Part shown: positions 49,183-61,823 of the stretch, piece by piece
How the letters are laid out: every line of letters begins with the position of its first letter
How positions within the stretch are numbered: the stretch's first letter is position 1
Source of the DNA: an uncultured Methanosarcinaceae archaeon
GTDB lineage: Archaea; Halobacteriota; Methanosarcinia; Methanosarcinales; Methanosarcinaceae
Length of the DNA: 64,000 nucleotides
NCBI GenBank assembly: GCA_963833425.1
Contig: CAWHXP010000008.1
Span: 1-64,000, forward strand
Reading direction: 5' to 3'
The notes under the pieces: model-generated
Told to the model about the DNA's origin: nothing
Seen by the model: the letters and a program-made list of their open reading frames with translations, nothing else
Databases searched by the model: none
Made by a program: the position numbers and the translations under genes

Positions 49183-49851
49183 ATGTTCCAAAATCGTAAA
49201 GATGCAGGAGAAAAACTTGCCTTGGCTCTTGAAAAGTTCAAGGCTGAAAACCCTATCATTCTTGCTATTCCACGAGGGGGAGTGGAGGTGGGATTACAAG
49301 TTGCAATGAAACTAAACATGGATTTTTCCCTCATCTTTGTAAGAAAACTGCCTTTTCCGGATAACCCTGAAGCCTGGTTTGGAGCAATAGTTGAGAATGG
49401 AAGCACTTTCATCTTTGAAAATGCTTATTACTGGCTCGCAGGGGAAAATATTGAGAAAATCAGACAGCAGCAGATTGTAGAGATCGATAGGCGTATAAAA
49501 GCTCTCAGAGGAGGAAATTCCTTGCCTGACATGAAAGGAAGAACCGTGATACTCATCGATGATAGCATTGTGATGGGTTCTACAGTGAGAGCAGCCATCG
49601 AACTCTGCAAAAATAGGGAAGCCAAAAAAATTGTGGTCGCAGTACCCGTAGCTGGAAGAGAGGCAGCGGAAAAGATCAGCAGTAAAGTCAATGAACTTGT
49701 AGTGCTTAAAATTTCTAGATACTTCAGGGCTGTCGCGTAGGCTTATGCGAAATGGTACGATGTCACGGATGAGGAAGTTCTAGATCTGCTAAGAAAAAAC
49801 ATACAAGAAAAAAAGCTGGAAAATTATAATTTGGATGTACTTGAAGACTGA
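49183..49851 (+). pseudogene. Phosphoribosyltransferase-family protein with in-frame TAG at 49738-49740
   Basis: MFQNRKDAG, LAIPRGG, VRKL, VILIDD; frame stays open after TAG (AYAKWYDVTDEEVLDLL...) to TGA 49849. Confidence 0.75.
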
Positions 49852-50125
49852 AGAGGCTATTTTTGAGTTTTTTTAAGTTAACTTCAAACATCTAAAGTTG
49901 TTCAACTCCCGAATATTTTCTGGGATTAAATACTTTAGGACTTATGTACTTGAAGTACAAGATCAATGGTATTCAACTCGAAACTTCCTCAAATTTAAAT
50001 CTTAACTTTGATATTTGATATGACATCAAAAGTGCGTATAATACCACAAGTTTACACTTTATTGGAAACGACGTGGATATATGTGGACTAATCAATGGAA
50101 CTTTTACCAATCCTTTCTTTCCATA

Positions 50126-50945
50126 ATGAACAAAATTTCCATTGATTGTTATAGACGGGCTCGGTGGTTATCACATCCAAAATGTGATCTAACAGAGCTT
50201 CAGTATGCTAATTTACCATAGTTAGGTGAATTCGTTAGAGAAAAAGATACTGTTACAGATCCTCAAGGAGTAGACCCCCCTATATTGGATGCAAACCAAT
50301 TACTATGTTCATGGGTGGTAGTGTGATAGAACCTCCAGCAGCAGAAAACAACCGATATTGTGAACTCGATTACTGAGCAAGCCCTTAATATATTAAAAGA
50401 TCAGAAAAAGGAAATGGTATTATTTTTAGAAGATTTTCGACATTCTCAGACTTACCCAGTTTCAATAGGTTTATTCCTTAAATGACGCAGCAATAGCAGT
50501 ATACCCGCTATATCGAGATATAGCAAAACTCGTTGTTATGACTACATGGTGTGACAGATTCACATTCAGAGCTTGTATTCTAAAGGATAATTATAAGAAA
50601 TACAATTTCTTTTATCTACACTATAAAAATCAAGATACTAAGGGAGAGATAGTGACTTTATAGGAAAAGTAAAGACTCTTGAAGATTTTGATAAATTACT
50701 CCCTAAAATAAGAAAAATGCATTTTGAAATGTGACTATTGCTGATGACAGTCCACTCCATCAGTTGTCGGGGTGCATAGACACCATTTTGTCCCTTTAAC
50801 CAACAGTGATAAATTTATGGAAGACTTTGATAGAACAGAAGGCCTTGATAAAAAGAATTCATAAAAGGTTCATTAGGATGCGTGCAAGGTTATGAGTTAA
50901 TGACAATTTTATTAGCAAATGCCGAAAAAATTGCACAAATTTGAA
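50126..50945 (+). pseudogene. Heavily decayed cofactor-independent phosphoglycerate mutase (ApgM-type)
   Basis: LIVIDGLGG, TELQYA, AAIAVYPLYR.IAKLV, YNFFYLHYK..D..GE, KVK.LEDFD..LP remnants. Confidence 0.75.
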
Positions 50946-51529
50946 GGCTTCACATAATTTTTTGACAACTTAAAAAAATAAACTTAACGATATTAGAGTC
51001 ATTTGTATCCAGTAGAGGTATAAAATGTTTCAAAGTGTTATTTTCTGCACTAATTTAGAATTTAAGTCAAAAAAGCTATGTAAGTAATGTTCAAAATTGT
51101 ACATTAAAGTGGTAAACCGAAGCAAAAGCATTAAAAATATGCAGTTTATACGAAAATTTACAATAAAAAAGGGGATCCAAAATTTGCTAGTGAATAAACG
51201 AACAAATAATCGTGTTTTTAAGAAATAGTAAGTTTATTTTTAATATAAGTTGTTTGGCAATGTGCCGATTTTGGCATGAAAATGCTTTCAAATACCTTCA
51301 TTTATTTATATCATTATCTAAAGAATTTCATGTTCGTTTTCTTCAAAATCACAAATTTCAAAAAATTATTTGGTGTGAAATTCTACGCTACAAGAATCAA
51401 ATTGTAACCAGGCACTTGTTAGTCGGCAAAGTATCAAAAGTTTTTTAAATTCTAAAGACTCAGTATCCTTTTTCCCACTATAAAAAACAGAATTTATCGT
51501 TTTCACTGATGCATATGTTTTATATGTAC

Positions 51530-51992
51530 CTCACTTAATAAATACCGTTGAGAAAGTGATATTTAGCCCAATATCCGTATTGAAAAAGCTTACTGCCATA
51601 AAAGCTGAAGCTTTTTCAATAAGGGAACGAAAAACGGATATATTTAGAAAAACATCGAATTTTTTCTCTGAATTTCTTCAGCTGTTTTGAAGTTGGTTTT
51701 TAAAATTTTGCGATTTCTCATAATCAACTTGCTAGATTTACTTTTACTAACCTCATGGAAAAAAAGGGGTTTATTTCTCTAAACTTGCACAGGGAGTTTT
51801 CAAGTTAGAGCTAGAAATTACATCACCTGTTTATAAGTGTTGAGCCTCAAAGAATCATTTTTCAAATTTTCCCTTAAGTTGTTTCCAGCAGCTCTCATAT
51901 CTCTTCTCCTCAAATATGTATTCATTCCATCGTAACTCAAGAAGCTCTGGGGTCATTCTTTGGAAGGACTGCTTGTGGTTAGTCTCTGACAT
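51530..51992 (-). pseudogene. Unidentified decayed gene
   Basis: Strong GGAGGTG RBS then MSETNHKQSF... reading broken by stops. Confidence 0.3.
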
Positions 51993-52762
51993 AATTTCTT
52001 AACACCTCCGGAAAGATGGTCTGCGCCCAAGTCAAAAAATTAAATAGCCTAAATAATTAAAAAAATAATGTATGTAATGATATATGCCCATGTTAGATTC
52101 TATGGCAAATCGAGTGAGAGTACTTAACTAAAGTTTAAAAAGTCAATTTTCAAATTCTTGATAACTCCTCCTATGAATAAATTGCCTGTATCCTCAATCA
52201 ATTTTTTAATTTCATTAATGGATTTTTATTGCAGTTTAAATCTATTTATTTTTAATTTTTTTTGTTTTTGTGTAAAGATGCTATAACATTGTATTTATAC
52301 ATATTTACATACAAAAAAAATTATGTATCCTGTTTATTAAATTAAATCTTTAACCAGAAATTATGCATTCACTAAATTTGACTGGGTTATGATAATAATG
52401 ATGTTGATTCAAAGATCAAAATATAATTCCTTTCTTTTTATTAGCTTCGAGGATCCAGCAGATTTTAGATGTCCAAAATTATCTTATGATCTGCAGGTAA
52501 AGGAATGCCTGAAGCCCGATAGCAAGTCTACTTGAAGGCAGTTGGAAACCTATAAATTGAAATTAGATTTAACTCATTATATACTTTTTGCATATATTCT
52601 ATATAGTAATAACTCAAAATAAATAATTAAAAATTATGTGATTCTGATCTTCTGAATTATTACAGACTGCGTTTTTTCCCTCGCATCAATAAATGACTCG
52701 ATCTCAGCTGTACTGTAAATTTTTGATTCACCCCAAAATTTTTCCCTATCCAGGAAATAGCG

Positions 52763-53613
52763 GGTTTCGTTGCAAAAAATCCTTTCTAATGATACAATAG
52801 AATAAAAAGAGAACTAAAGATAGTAATATGCTATCCAATTCCTTTAAATGGAAGCATTATGAAGGAGAAATTATCCTATTGAATGTAGGATGGTATTTAA
52901 AATACCCATTGAGCTATAGGAATTTAAAGGAAATGATGATAGAAAGAGGAATTCAAGTTGCTCACAGTACTATAATGAGATGTGTGCATCAATATTCTCC
53001 TGAAATGGAAAAGAAGATAAGAAGACATTTAAGACCAACAAACTATTCGTGGAGAGTTGATGAAACCTATATCAAAGTAAAAGGTAAATGGAAATATTTT
53101 TACCGAGCAGTTGATTCAAATGGAGATACAATTGATTTCATGTTAAGGCAAAACGAAATCGAAAAGTAGCGAAGAGATTCTTTAATAAAGCTTTGAGTTC
53201 TAACCATAATCAGATTCCAAGAGTAATAGCCGTTGATAAGAATCCAGCTTATCTCCCTGCTATAGATGAACTGAAAACTGAAAAGAAGTTGTCTAAAAGG
53301 ATTGAAATTAGACAAGTAAAATATTTAAATAACATTATAGAACAAGATCATAGGTCTATAAAGCGAATCTTTAATCCAATGTTAGGATTTCAGTCTTTTC
53401 GATCTGCTAATAAGACTTTAAAAGGAATTGAAGCTATGGATATGATTAAAAAAGACAAGTCAATAATTTAAATACTCTGTTCTTAAAGAAGTCAAATGCA
53501 TTAATCAATTGTTTGATATCGTTTTAAAATATTGGTACATTTTCCTCGAATATTTTGATTTTTGTTCATTACTTATAGATTTACATATTTTTTTGAATTT
53601 TTTGCAACGGACC
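52763..53613 (+). mobile_element. IS6-family element, second degenerate copy with frameshifted transposase
   Basis: Closely similar to 41361-42214; ORFs 52828-53169 and 53193-53471; imperfect TIRs. Confidence 0.9.
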
Positions 53614-53682
53614 AAGAAATATATGACATTTTTTACGCATCTGTGGAAAGCGGCTTTAAGGAAGAAAATTTTACTTTTTGAT

Positions 53683-55038
53683 TCACCTTCGAGAAAGTGG
53701 GTCTTCAGCGTAATCTATCGGAAGAGCAAAGATAAATGTGCTGCCCTTTCCTGTTTTATATTCCACCCTGATTTTTCCTTTGTGAAGGTCTATTAAATTT
53801 TTGACTATATAAAGTCCGATTCCGGCTTCACCATATCCCACGATTGTGGAAGGATTTATGTGGGTAGAAGGCAAGAAAATGTTGTCATAATATTTTTTTA
53901 GCAATCCTGCCCCAGTATCCGAGACCATGATCTCGAGCATCCCCTCTTTTTTGAAGGCATTAACTGTAACTTTCCCTTTCTCAGGAGTGCATTTTATAGC
54001 GTTACTTACTAAATTGTGCAGAATCTGTCTCAATTTAGTCCTATCAGCCCGAATATTTTCGATAGAATCATCAACTTTTAGTTCTATAACAATTTTTTTG
54101 TTTGAAGCAGATGAAAGAAAACTCGTTCTGATATCTCTTACAAGGCTGGCAATATCTACGTCTTCATAATTGAGACTTAGATCGCCGACTTCGAACTTCA
54201 ATATGTCAAGCAGATTGTCGATGATTTCCAAAAGGTTTTTCCCGCTTATGAGGATATTATTTATATATTTTGATTGTCTCGTGTTCAGGGATCCAAAAGC
54301 ACCTTCTAGCAGTAGATCGGAAAAACCTATCACAGAATTGAGGGGAGTCCTAAGTTCATGACTGAGGCTCATAATAAACTCATTCTTGACCCTGTTTAAA
54401 ACTTCTGAATCGTTTTTCTCCTTGATAATGGTTTTTTTAAATTCCGTTTGTACTTCCAAATTTTCTAAATATTTCCATTTTCCTTTTCTTTTAACAACTA
54501 TGCTGTTTTCTTCCATCAACTCAAGCAGTATACAACCGGAAAGTTCATCAAGCGGTAATGTATAGAGAAATGTTAGATTTTTGCCATTATTGAGAGCAAT
54601 TATTTGAACAGCTTTTCGATATATTTCAAAATAATTTTCAATAGTAATTTCTAAATTTTTTATATCAAAATTTGTTCTGAATCCTTTAAATTCTTTGGAG
54701 AGGACTTTTTCATATCCTTTTTCTACAAGTTCTGTTATCCCTGATTCAAAAGTGGTAATATTTTTGTGGAGTGGTTTGGCTGGCAAAATTTCCAACTGAG
54801 AAGAGCGGATAAATTGCTCGACATCTATTCCCGATTTTTTAAGTTCATTTTTTGCTTTTTCAGCAGATAGTTCATCCGGGGAAATCCATAAGCAATATTC
54901 TCCTATTTCAATTCCTTGCTTGAAATATGTAATAAGTAACTCAGTCAATTCTTCAGTATTGCTATATATGGCAGAGATCTGGTGGCTCTGCAAAACACTT
55001 GGAAAAAGTATAGGATTACTGTCATTTTTTTTTCCCAA
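53683..55038 (-). CDS. MEDS-domain sensor histidine kinase
   Basis: N-terminal H...IY....EL......YFKQG...GEYCLWI; SHELRTPLN, LRQILHNLVSNAIK, DTGAG, GIGL, GKGSTF. Confidence 0.9.
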   Translation of the reverse strand: MGKKNDSNPILFPSVLQSHQISAIYSNTEELTELLITYFKQGIEIGEYCLWISPDELSAEKAKNELKKSGIDVEQFIRSSQLEILPAKPLHKNITTFESGITELVEKGYEKVLSKEFKGFRTNFDIKNLEITIENYFEIYRKAVQIIALNNGKNLTFLYTLPLDELSGCILLELMEENSIVVKRKGKWKYLENLEVQTEFKKTIIKEKNDSEVLNRVKNEFIMSLSHELRTPLNSVIGFSDLLLEGAFGSLNTRQSKYINNILISGKNLLEIIDNLLDILKFEVGDLSLNYEDVDIASLVRDIRTSFLSSASNKKIVIELKVDDSIENIRADRTKLRQILHNLVSNAIKCTPEKGKVTVNAFKKEGMLEIMVSDTGAGLLKKYYDNIFLPSTHINPSTIVGYGEAGIGLYIVKNLIDLHKGKIRVEYKTGKGSTFIFALPIDYAEDPLSRR

Positions 55039-56529
55039 AGTCTCCCTCTCCTTGTAATGTACATTAAAAGCATTTTTAATATTATACAGCCTACACTGTT
55101 AAATTTTGTTGCGATGAGGTACGCAGTTTACAGGGGCATAATGTTAGTATCAATAACACTTGAGCCCCTACAAGACAGCTTAAAGTATTTCACAGTTATG
55201 AATAATTGAGGGTCATATCACTCATTTTCAGCAGCTTAGTATGTTTCAAACCTAGACTTGAACTTTTTCTATAACATATCACTACCATAATATAAAATAT
55301 ACTTATTTATACTGTTTGCTCAACTCATTGAAGTTTTATACCAATTGAATGAAATCAAAAAGTGTCAGATTTTTCGGATGAAATTGAAAGAAATTTGAAG
55401 ATATTAAATTTGTCACAAGAGCTTCAGACTTTCATTTAAAATAATTTATTTAAAATTTAAAAAAACAGCAAGTGAAATTTTTCAAGAAAAGTCTAAACGC
55501 ATTTTTATGTGATGTTTATTAGTGTAAGAATTTTCAGTTACTTATGCATATAAGTTAAGGACGTAAGTGGTAAAAGATTTAAATATTGTTTATTTTATTT
55601 TTTTCTACCTCAATCAAGGTTTAGTATCACAATCCACTCAAGCAAGGGTATGTGACTAACAGCTCTGGGTACAAAGGAATTATTAAAGATCAAGTATTTT
55701 AATTTGCCAATATGCTTTTTTTTTCCTGGGTTCCCTGATTTTCAACATAGTAGGTAGTTGCATTGGAAATCGTGCCTTCGTCCACAGTCCCAATATAACT
55801 CTATAATTCCACAGTTCAGGGTCCAAAATCCGTTTTTCAATTCTAGAGTATCCTATGATGATTTCTTTTGTTACGATCTATCATAATAATCTGCATCATA
55901 AAATTAAGTGGTATATTTTTTATAGACTCAATAATTGCATGATGTAGTTCCATCATATCACGCAAAAATAACTTAAAATATAAATTAGTTAGCCAAGAAT
56001 GGTTCTCTGAGAATTTTCAATACCCTGTGCAACCTACGGGATAATCGACTGAGATAAGGTAACAAACAGAAATCAAAGGTAAATATTTAGACAGAATTCC
56101 CTCAATGAAAAAAAACGGAATTTCCTGATATTAAAAAAATTAAAAGAAGTAAAATATGCTGAAACTATAACTGCATAATTTCTACTTTACTAAATAATTT
56201 TAGGAATGTAAATATAATACTTTCTGCTTTGGTTGAATGTACCAGGGAAATAGGGATCAAAAATCTCTTCTTCAAAGACATTTGGTATGTTATCTGTGGC
56301 TCAACTAATCAAAGGGAGAAGTGAATTAAGTGTAAAGTGAAGAGCTTTCTACTTAATTTGAGTCGGATTTCTTATTTTTTTCGAATTTTTGGACTTAGCT
56401 AAAATTACAACAGAACATTTATAATTTTAGAAATTATATTCGGTTCAATTTATATGTCTAAAACCAGAATATTAATCACTCAAGCATAGGGTTTTTAATT
56501 TTTAGTTGAGACAAAAAGGAGATTATTAT

Positions 56530-57261
56530 ATGAAAATAACAGTGTTTAGCGGAAGCCATAAAGGCAAAAAAGGAAATACTCTCAGCATGGTTGAAGAATT
56601 TTTGAATGGGGCAGAAGAAGCCGGGGCAGATACTGAGAATATCATCCTTGCCGAAAAAAATATAAAATATTGCAAGGGAAAATTCGAATGCTGGCTAAAT
56701 ACGCCTGGAAAATGTGCTATTCATGATGATATGGAAGACTTAATTCAGAAATTTTTGGAATCTGATATTGCTGTTTTTGCGTGCCCTGTATATTTTGACA
56801 ATGTTCCGGCTGTAATGAAAAACTTCATAGACAGACTTACACCCATCCTTTTACCCCATTTTGAGGAAGACGAAAAAGGTGAGTATAGGCATGCAAAACG
56901 CTATGAGAAATTACCGAAAATAGTTGCTATTTCGAATGCTGGTCTACCGAGCCAGAAAAATTTTGAAGTTGAAAGCCTTTTTTTCAGGAGGCTCGCAAGA
57001 ACTTTTCACACAGAACTTATTGGCGAAATCTACAGAGGAGAAGGGGAAATTTTCAGGGGCAAAGACAACATCATTCTGAAGCCGTTACTCGGAAAGTATA
57101 ACAAATATCTCAGAAGTGCTGGAAAAGAGATAGTCGAAAGCCATAAAATTTCAGAAAAAACAAATGAAGGTCTCGAAAAATTTATTTTGCCGCCAAGTCT
57201 GTATATAAAATTCGGAAATGATGAATGGGATCGGATGCTTGAGGAAGGTAGGGTAGATTGA
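56530..57261 (+). CDS. Flavodoxin-family / iron-sulfur flavoprotein-like protein
   Basis: GSH....GNT, CKGKFECW...PGKC...DDM, PVYF.......KNFIDR; start at ATG 56530 after GGAG. Confidence 0.85.
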   Translation: MKITVFSGSHKGKKGNTLSMVEEFLNGAEEAGADTENIILAEKNIKYCKGKFECWLNTPGKCAIHDDMEDLIQKFLESDIAVFACPVYFDNVPAVMKNFIDRLTPILLPHFEEDEKGEYRHAKRYEKLPKIVAISNAGLPSQKNFEVESLFFRRLARTFHTELIGEIYRGEGEIFRGKDNIILKPLLGKYNKYLRSAGKEIVESHKISEKTNEGLEKFILPPSLYIKFGNDEWDRMLEEGRVD

Positions 57262-57573
57262 GAGGAACTGGTAAAGATAAAAGAAACTTGGTAGGGATAA
57301 CCACGAATAGATGTGAAAAATTTAGATGTTAGTTAATAGATAAATTTGTGGCATCCTTTATGAGATAAAGCAAGAGTAAACTGTTTTAGTCCCCTTATAA
57401 CATCCATTTTATGGATGTGCCAGATGCAAAATTTATTTGCTTATTTGGCTATTATTAATTCGTTGAAAGTTAAATTAATTTTTTGGCTACTGTCGCATTA
57501 AGAAAATAGATGTCATTCATCTGTACAATGTGAGAAGTGTGTTGAAACATTTGAGCTATTTTTTAAGCATCTT

Positions 57574-59334
57574 TTAATTAACTTTCGGTATCCCTTCGAT
57601 CAGATCTTCCAGACTTTGCTTCAAATAAGGAGCATTGCTTCTGTTGATCAATTCCTGACAGGTCTCAATTGGATTCCCAACCATTACAATTGCTCCTTTT
57701 TCGATCATCACAGCCCTATGAGCAATTTCCCGAACGAAATCCATGTGGTGGCTCACAAGAACGATGGTCGTGTTGAAGCGTTCATTGATCCTTTTTAAGG
57801 AATTTGTGACGTCCCTGAGAGTTATAGGGTCTAGGTCTCCAAAAGGTTCATCAAGCATTAAGTACTCTGGAGATGTCGAAAGGCTCAGGGCGATAAAAGC
57901 TCTAACATGCTCGCCTCCGCTGATCTGGGAAGGAGTCTTGTCAAGGACTTCCAATGGTAGATCAAGTGCTTCAAATACTGGCTTTGCATAGGTATCAACA
58001 TCATTTAACGGAACTATGGGAAAAAGTTCAAAATAAATGGTATCATTCAGATTCAACTCTTGCAATGCAGTTGCTTTTTCTTCTTCGGTCGTATCTAACA
58101 ACCGATATACATTATCAAGGGTCTCATCAGAGAGCCCCATTTCCATGGCTTTATTCCTCGAGTATTCTATTGCATCTTTCTTTTTGATACTTAACCTAAA
58201 TCGGATCTGGTCCCTAACTGTGGAGTTAACTGACATGGAAAATTCCTGATTCATGATGCTCATAATCCTACGGAGTTCCATGCGCTTCTTGCTATATTCG
58301 GTAACTTCTACCCAGTCTCCGTTACAAAAATAATCTACAGTACCGCTATTTGGTTTGACAAGCCCTTCAATAATTTTCATAATTGTTGTTTTTCCGGCTC
58401 CAGAAGAGCCTATAAAAGCTAAAATCTCTCCCTTGTAGACATCGAACGATAAATTTTTGATGTTAAGGACTTCTCCCATCCGGATGATGGAATAACGTTT
58501 TGAAATTTCCTTTACTCTCATGCAAACTTCCTTATTTTCGAGCTTCTTAAGATCTTTCTTTGGTTTCATATCTCTAAGGAAATTTTTAAGTACACCTAAT
58601 GGTTCTCCTTCGGCTACTATTTTCCCTTCTTCAAGAAAAATCAGCCTGTCAGCAAGATAAGCATGAATTTCCGGAAGGTGAGAAACTACTATGATTGCTA
58701 TTTTCAAGTTAGCTTTTAGGTTTTTAATTATATCAAGTACTTCCTGCTTGGTATCGGGTCCTGTCATCGTTACTGGTTCATCCAAAAGAAGAACTTTTGG
58801 ATTCGCAGCAAGTTGCCTTGCCATTACAATTCTCTGTTTTTCCCCTCCACTCAGGAGGTTAGTGGAGTGGAGAGCTTTGTGCTCGAGGCCAACAAGTTTC
58901 AGATATTTCATTGCCTCTTTGAAAAGTTCATCATAATCATTAGTTATACTGTGTGGCAAATGTTCATTATTTGGAAGGGCTTCATGCCCAACTTTAAGGT
59001 AATTTAGTTTCCGGATTACATTTTCAATTGCAGGTCCGTTCCATAGACTGAAATTTCGCTGGAAATGTATTGCTGTTACGTTTTTCAGGAATTTTTCTCC
59101 TTCAATACCGGAATTTGGGGTTACAATTTTCCCATCTACTTCCACAGTTCCTTCTTGAAATGGTTCCACCCCACGAATGATGCGAAGAAGCGTGGACTTT
59201 CCGCTCCCGCTTCGTCCTGTAATCCCAAGGATTTCACCATCCTCCACTTTGAGGTTGATATGGTCCAATACTTTCATGCTTTTGGAACACACATCATAAA
59301 TTTTTACTAAATTTGAAATCTTGAGCATAATCAC
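57574..59334 (-). CDS. Dual-cassette ABC ATPase, methyl-coenzyme M reductase component A2 (AtwA)-like paralog
   Basis: GRSGSGKST and GSSGAGKTT, AIHFQRNFSLW, LSGGEKQR, LDEPFGDLDPIT, VSHHMDFV; no TM segments. Confidence 0.8.
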   Translation of the reverse strand: MIMLKISNLVKIYDVCSKSMKVLDHINLKVEDGEILGITGRSGSGKSTLLRIIRGVEPFQEGTVEVDGKIVTPNSGIEGEKFLKNVTAIHFQRNFSLWNGPAIENVIRKLNYLKVGHEALPNNEHLPHSITNDYDELFKEAMKYLKLVGLEHKALHSTNLLSGGEKQRIVMARQLAANPKVLLLDEPVTMTGPDTKQEVLDIIKNLKANLKIAIIVVSHLPEIHAYLADRLIFLEEGKIVAEGEPLGVLKNFLRDMKPKKDLKKLENKEVCMRVKEISKRYSIIRMGEVLNIKNLSFDVYKGEILAFIGSSGAGKTTIMKIIEGLVKPNSGTVDYFCNGDWVEVTEYSKKRMELRRIMSIMNQEFSMSVNSTVRDQIRFRLSIKKKDAIEYSRNKAMEMGLSDETLDNVYRLLDTTEEEKATALQELNLNDTIYFELFPIVPLNDVDTYAKPVFEALDLPLEVLDKTPSQISGGEHVRAFIALSLSTSPEYLMLDEPFGDLDPITLRDVTNSLKRINERFNTTIVLVSHHMDFVREIAHRAVMIEKGAIVMVGNPIETCQELINRSNAPYLKQSLEDLIEGIPKVN

Positions 59335-59661
59335 ATCTCTTAGTGTTGATTGAAAGTTGACAAAGAATCCTTCATTCTGAAGGAAAGTTATGATATTGTA
59401 TCCTTCATCATTTTCTGATCCTTGTGATACACATGGGTAATGCAGTTATACTAAATGAATTTTTTCAAAAATACAAAAATTTTGATATGAGTGACTGAAC
59501 TATTGAAAATGAGAAATGTTTCTTGATTCAGTTACTTGAATAGACAAATATAGGGAAATTAAGATAAGTTAGTTGTCAAATACATCTTGATACTCCTAAT
59601 CCATGATTTTCAGTGAACTGATGAGATACGTGGTAATTAAACACGAATACATATAACTAAA

Positions 59662-59750
59662 GACGATTTCGATAAACACCACTTTTTAGTAGATAGTTTA
59701 TAAAGGGTATATAAACAATTTGTTGAAATCCGAGGTTTATCGAAATCCTC
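59662..59750. mobile_element. 89-bp MITE, copy 2
   Basis: Near-identical to 48875-48963; flanking direct repeat TAAA. Confidence 0.85.
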
Positions 59751-60329
59751 TAAAGAACAATATTATGATATTTTTACTTCATTTCCCCCAAAACAAAAAA
59801 GAATCCAGCGGAAAAAAATACAGAATCATTGCAAATTTTAACGTCATCGGAAATCTAAAAATTCATAGTTTCAAATCTTGATAATCAAGACCGGGATTAA
59901 TTGTTTTTTTATACGAATAAAGTTGCAAAAAAGGTGAATTCTTAACCACACTAATTGAAAACATTACGTTCAATGAAAGTGGCTCATTAGTCATAATTTC
60001 ACGGGAAAAACTGGCTCAAGGAAGATTCAAGTTGTATATTCTGCGCCTTCTCTGAGGCAATGGATCTAATGTCAACAGATAAAATAGAATTGAGGGATAT
60101 TTGTTTTATTTATTTCACAAGTATGGATATCGTCTTCATCTGGATTGGAAATACCATATCCTATATTGAGAAAGGATTTCGATGAGCTCTTAAATGTTTA
60201 TATGCATATATATGGTATATGGTATATGGTATATGCATATATATGGTATGCAAATAACCCTTGAGATCAAAACTTCTCCGTAAATATCATCAACTAACTG
60301 ATTTTATATTTTGAGCTACCTTCATACTA

Positions 60330-60610
60330 AAGAGTGGAAATACAGCATGAAGACTATTGTGTTTACAATATAATGCATCACATGTTTTTATAATATAATG
60401 CATCACATGTTTTTTCATTAAGTATCGTAAAAATTTAGGTTAGACAAAGATATCTTCGATTATTTGAGATATATATGCTTTGAACTTGATAAAAAAATAC
60501 TCTTTTGAGTTTAATGTGATAGATGCGGATGGTGGTCATGTACATCTTTTCGCGGTTCTGGACCAAAATATTATCCTTCAAAAGTTATGCAGAGCATAAA
60601 AAATAACTAT
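60330..60610 (+). pseudogene. IS200/IS605 TnpA (HUH) transposase remnant
   Basis: CVYNI, KYRK, DGGHVHLF, PKY.PSKVMQSIK remnants; contains a duplicated ATAATGCATCACATGTTTTT. Confidence 0.7.
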
Positions 60611-61823
60611 ATTGAACAAAAAAATAAAGGAAGTAAAGAAAGAATTTTCTTCCATATAATTTTTTTTTTCTTCTCGTTTACTCCAATTTATGTTAGCACA
60701 TATCTGCACCTATTTGATGATGAATGATCCGTCATAATTTTTGTAAGTGTTGATTTTTATTGTAAGGATTACAATCAAAAAAATTACAAAATATTTTATG
60801 GTAACTATACATAATTTCTTTCAAGAGCTATAAATATTAAATTTTCAGAGGAGATTGCATAAAATAAAATTAGGGTGTAAAAGTGAAGTTTTTTCTTATG
60901 AACCGTTAAAGTAAAAATCAAGAATTAATCAAAATAGTTATCTGGCACTACACCAAATCAGAACCAATGACTAGCAAGGTGACTCCTCTTTATAAGTTCA
61001 GAAGTCTTTAAGTATAAACTTAAAGTTAAATAGTTTTACACTAAAAATATATTTAGACCTCTCAATAAGTCTTGGTCCACACTTCAGCGGGGAGCAGTTC
61101 TGGTTGTCTATCCTGTCCCTTCTCTCTAAACAAATGGTGGGTTTTTATCTCTTCCCGCCATACCATTAAATAGTTTATTATTTTAATTATATATTAATTC
61201 TGTATCCTTAAATTTTTAACTTGTACTTATTATAATGTGTATATGGGGAATAAAATAAATATTGTGTGATGGAAAGTTATAATGTTAGTGTTGATTAAAT
61301 ACTTACAGAAAAATATTATACTGCAAACCAATCCCAATCATAAAATATTTTTTTTGCTCTGTGATCCACCAGCCTTATTAAGTAATCATAAAAATTATTT
61401 AACCAGCAACTCGACATAGAGTAAAATAATGGATTTTATATTTTGAAAATATGTTTATTTTGTTGAGATGTCTATGAAGACCAAATAACAGATTTGTCTG
61501 GGCATAGTAATTTTCACAAATCAGATTATCCAAAGTTTCTTTTTCAAATAGCATTAACATCTACATCTTTACACTCCGGATCTATTTTTCAAAGTATGAG
61601 CCTACAGTAGAAATTGAGCCTTCAAAATTTAGAGTAATGGATTTATCGTCTAGTCAAGAAATCTTTCTATTAATCAAAAATGCGATATAGGGTCAATAAA
61701 GCTGATAAGAAAAGAAATTGTTCTTTTATTTCAGTTCTTCTGCAATTTTTGTGGTCATCATTGAAGAGGACTTAAATGTAATATTCAAAATAGTATAATG
61801 TCTATTAGAGTTGTATTTAATTC

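Noticed and set aside
57390..57430. ACATCCAT-TTT-ATGGATGT hairpin as an ncRNA
   Set aside because: Lies between convergent genes; a terminator-like structure is sufficient
60200..60250. TATATGG/TATATGCA short tandem repeat
   Set aside because: Simple slippage repeat with no associated gene or spacers
60975..61100. Possible IS605 right end (CTTCAGCGGGGAGCAGTTC) with TnpB/omegaRNA
   Set aside because: Only a short degenerate motif; no tnpB frame visible
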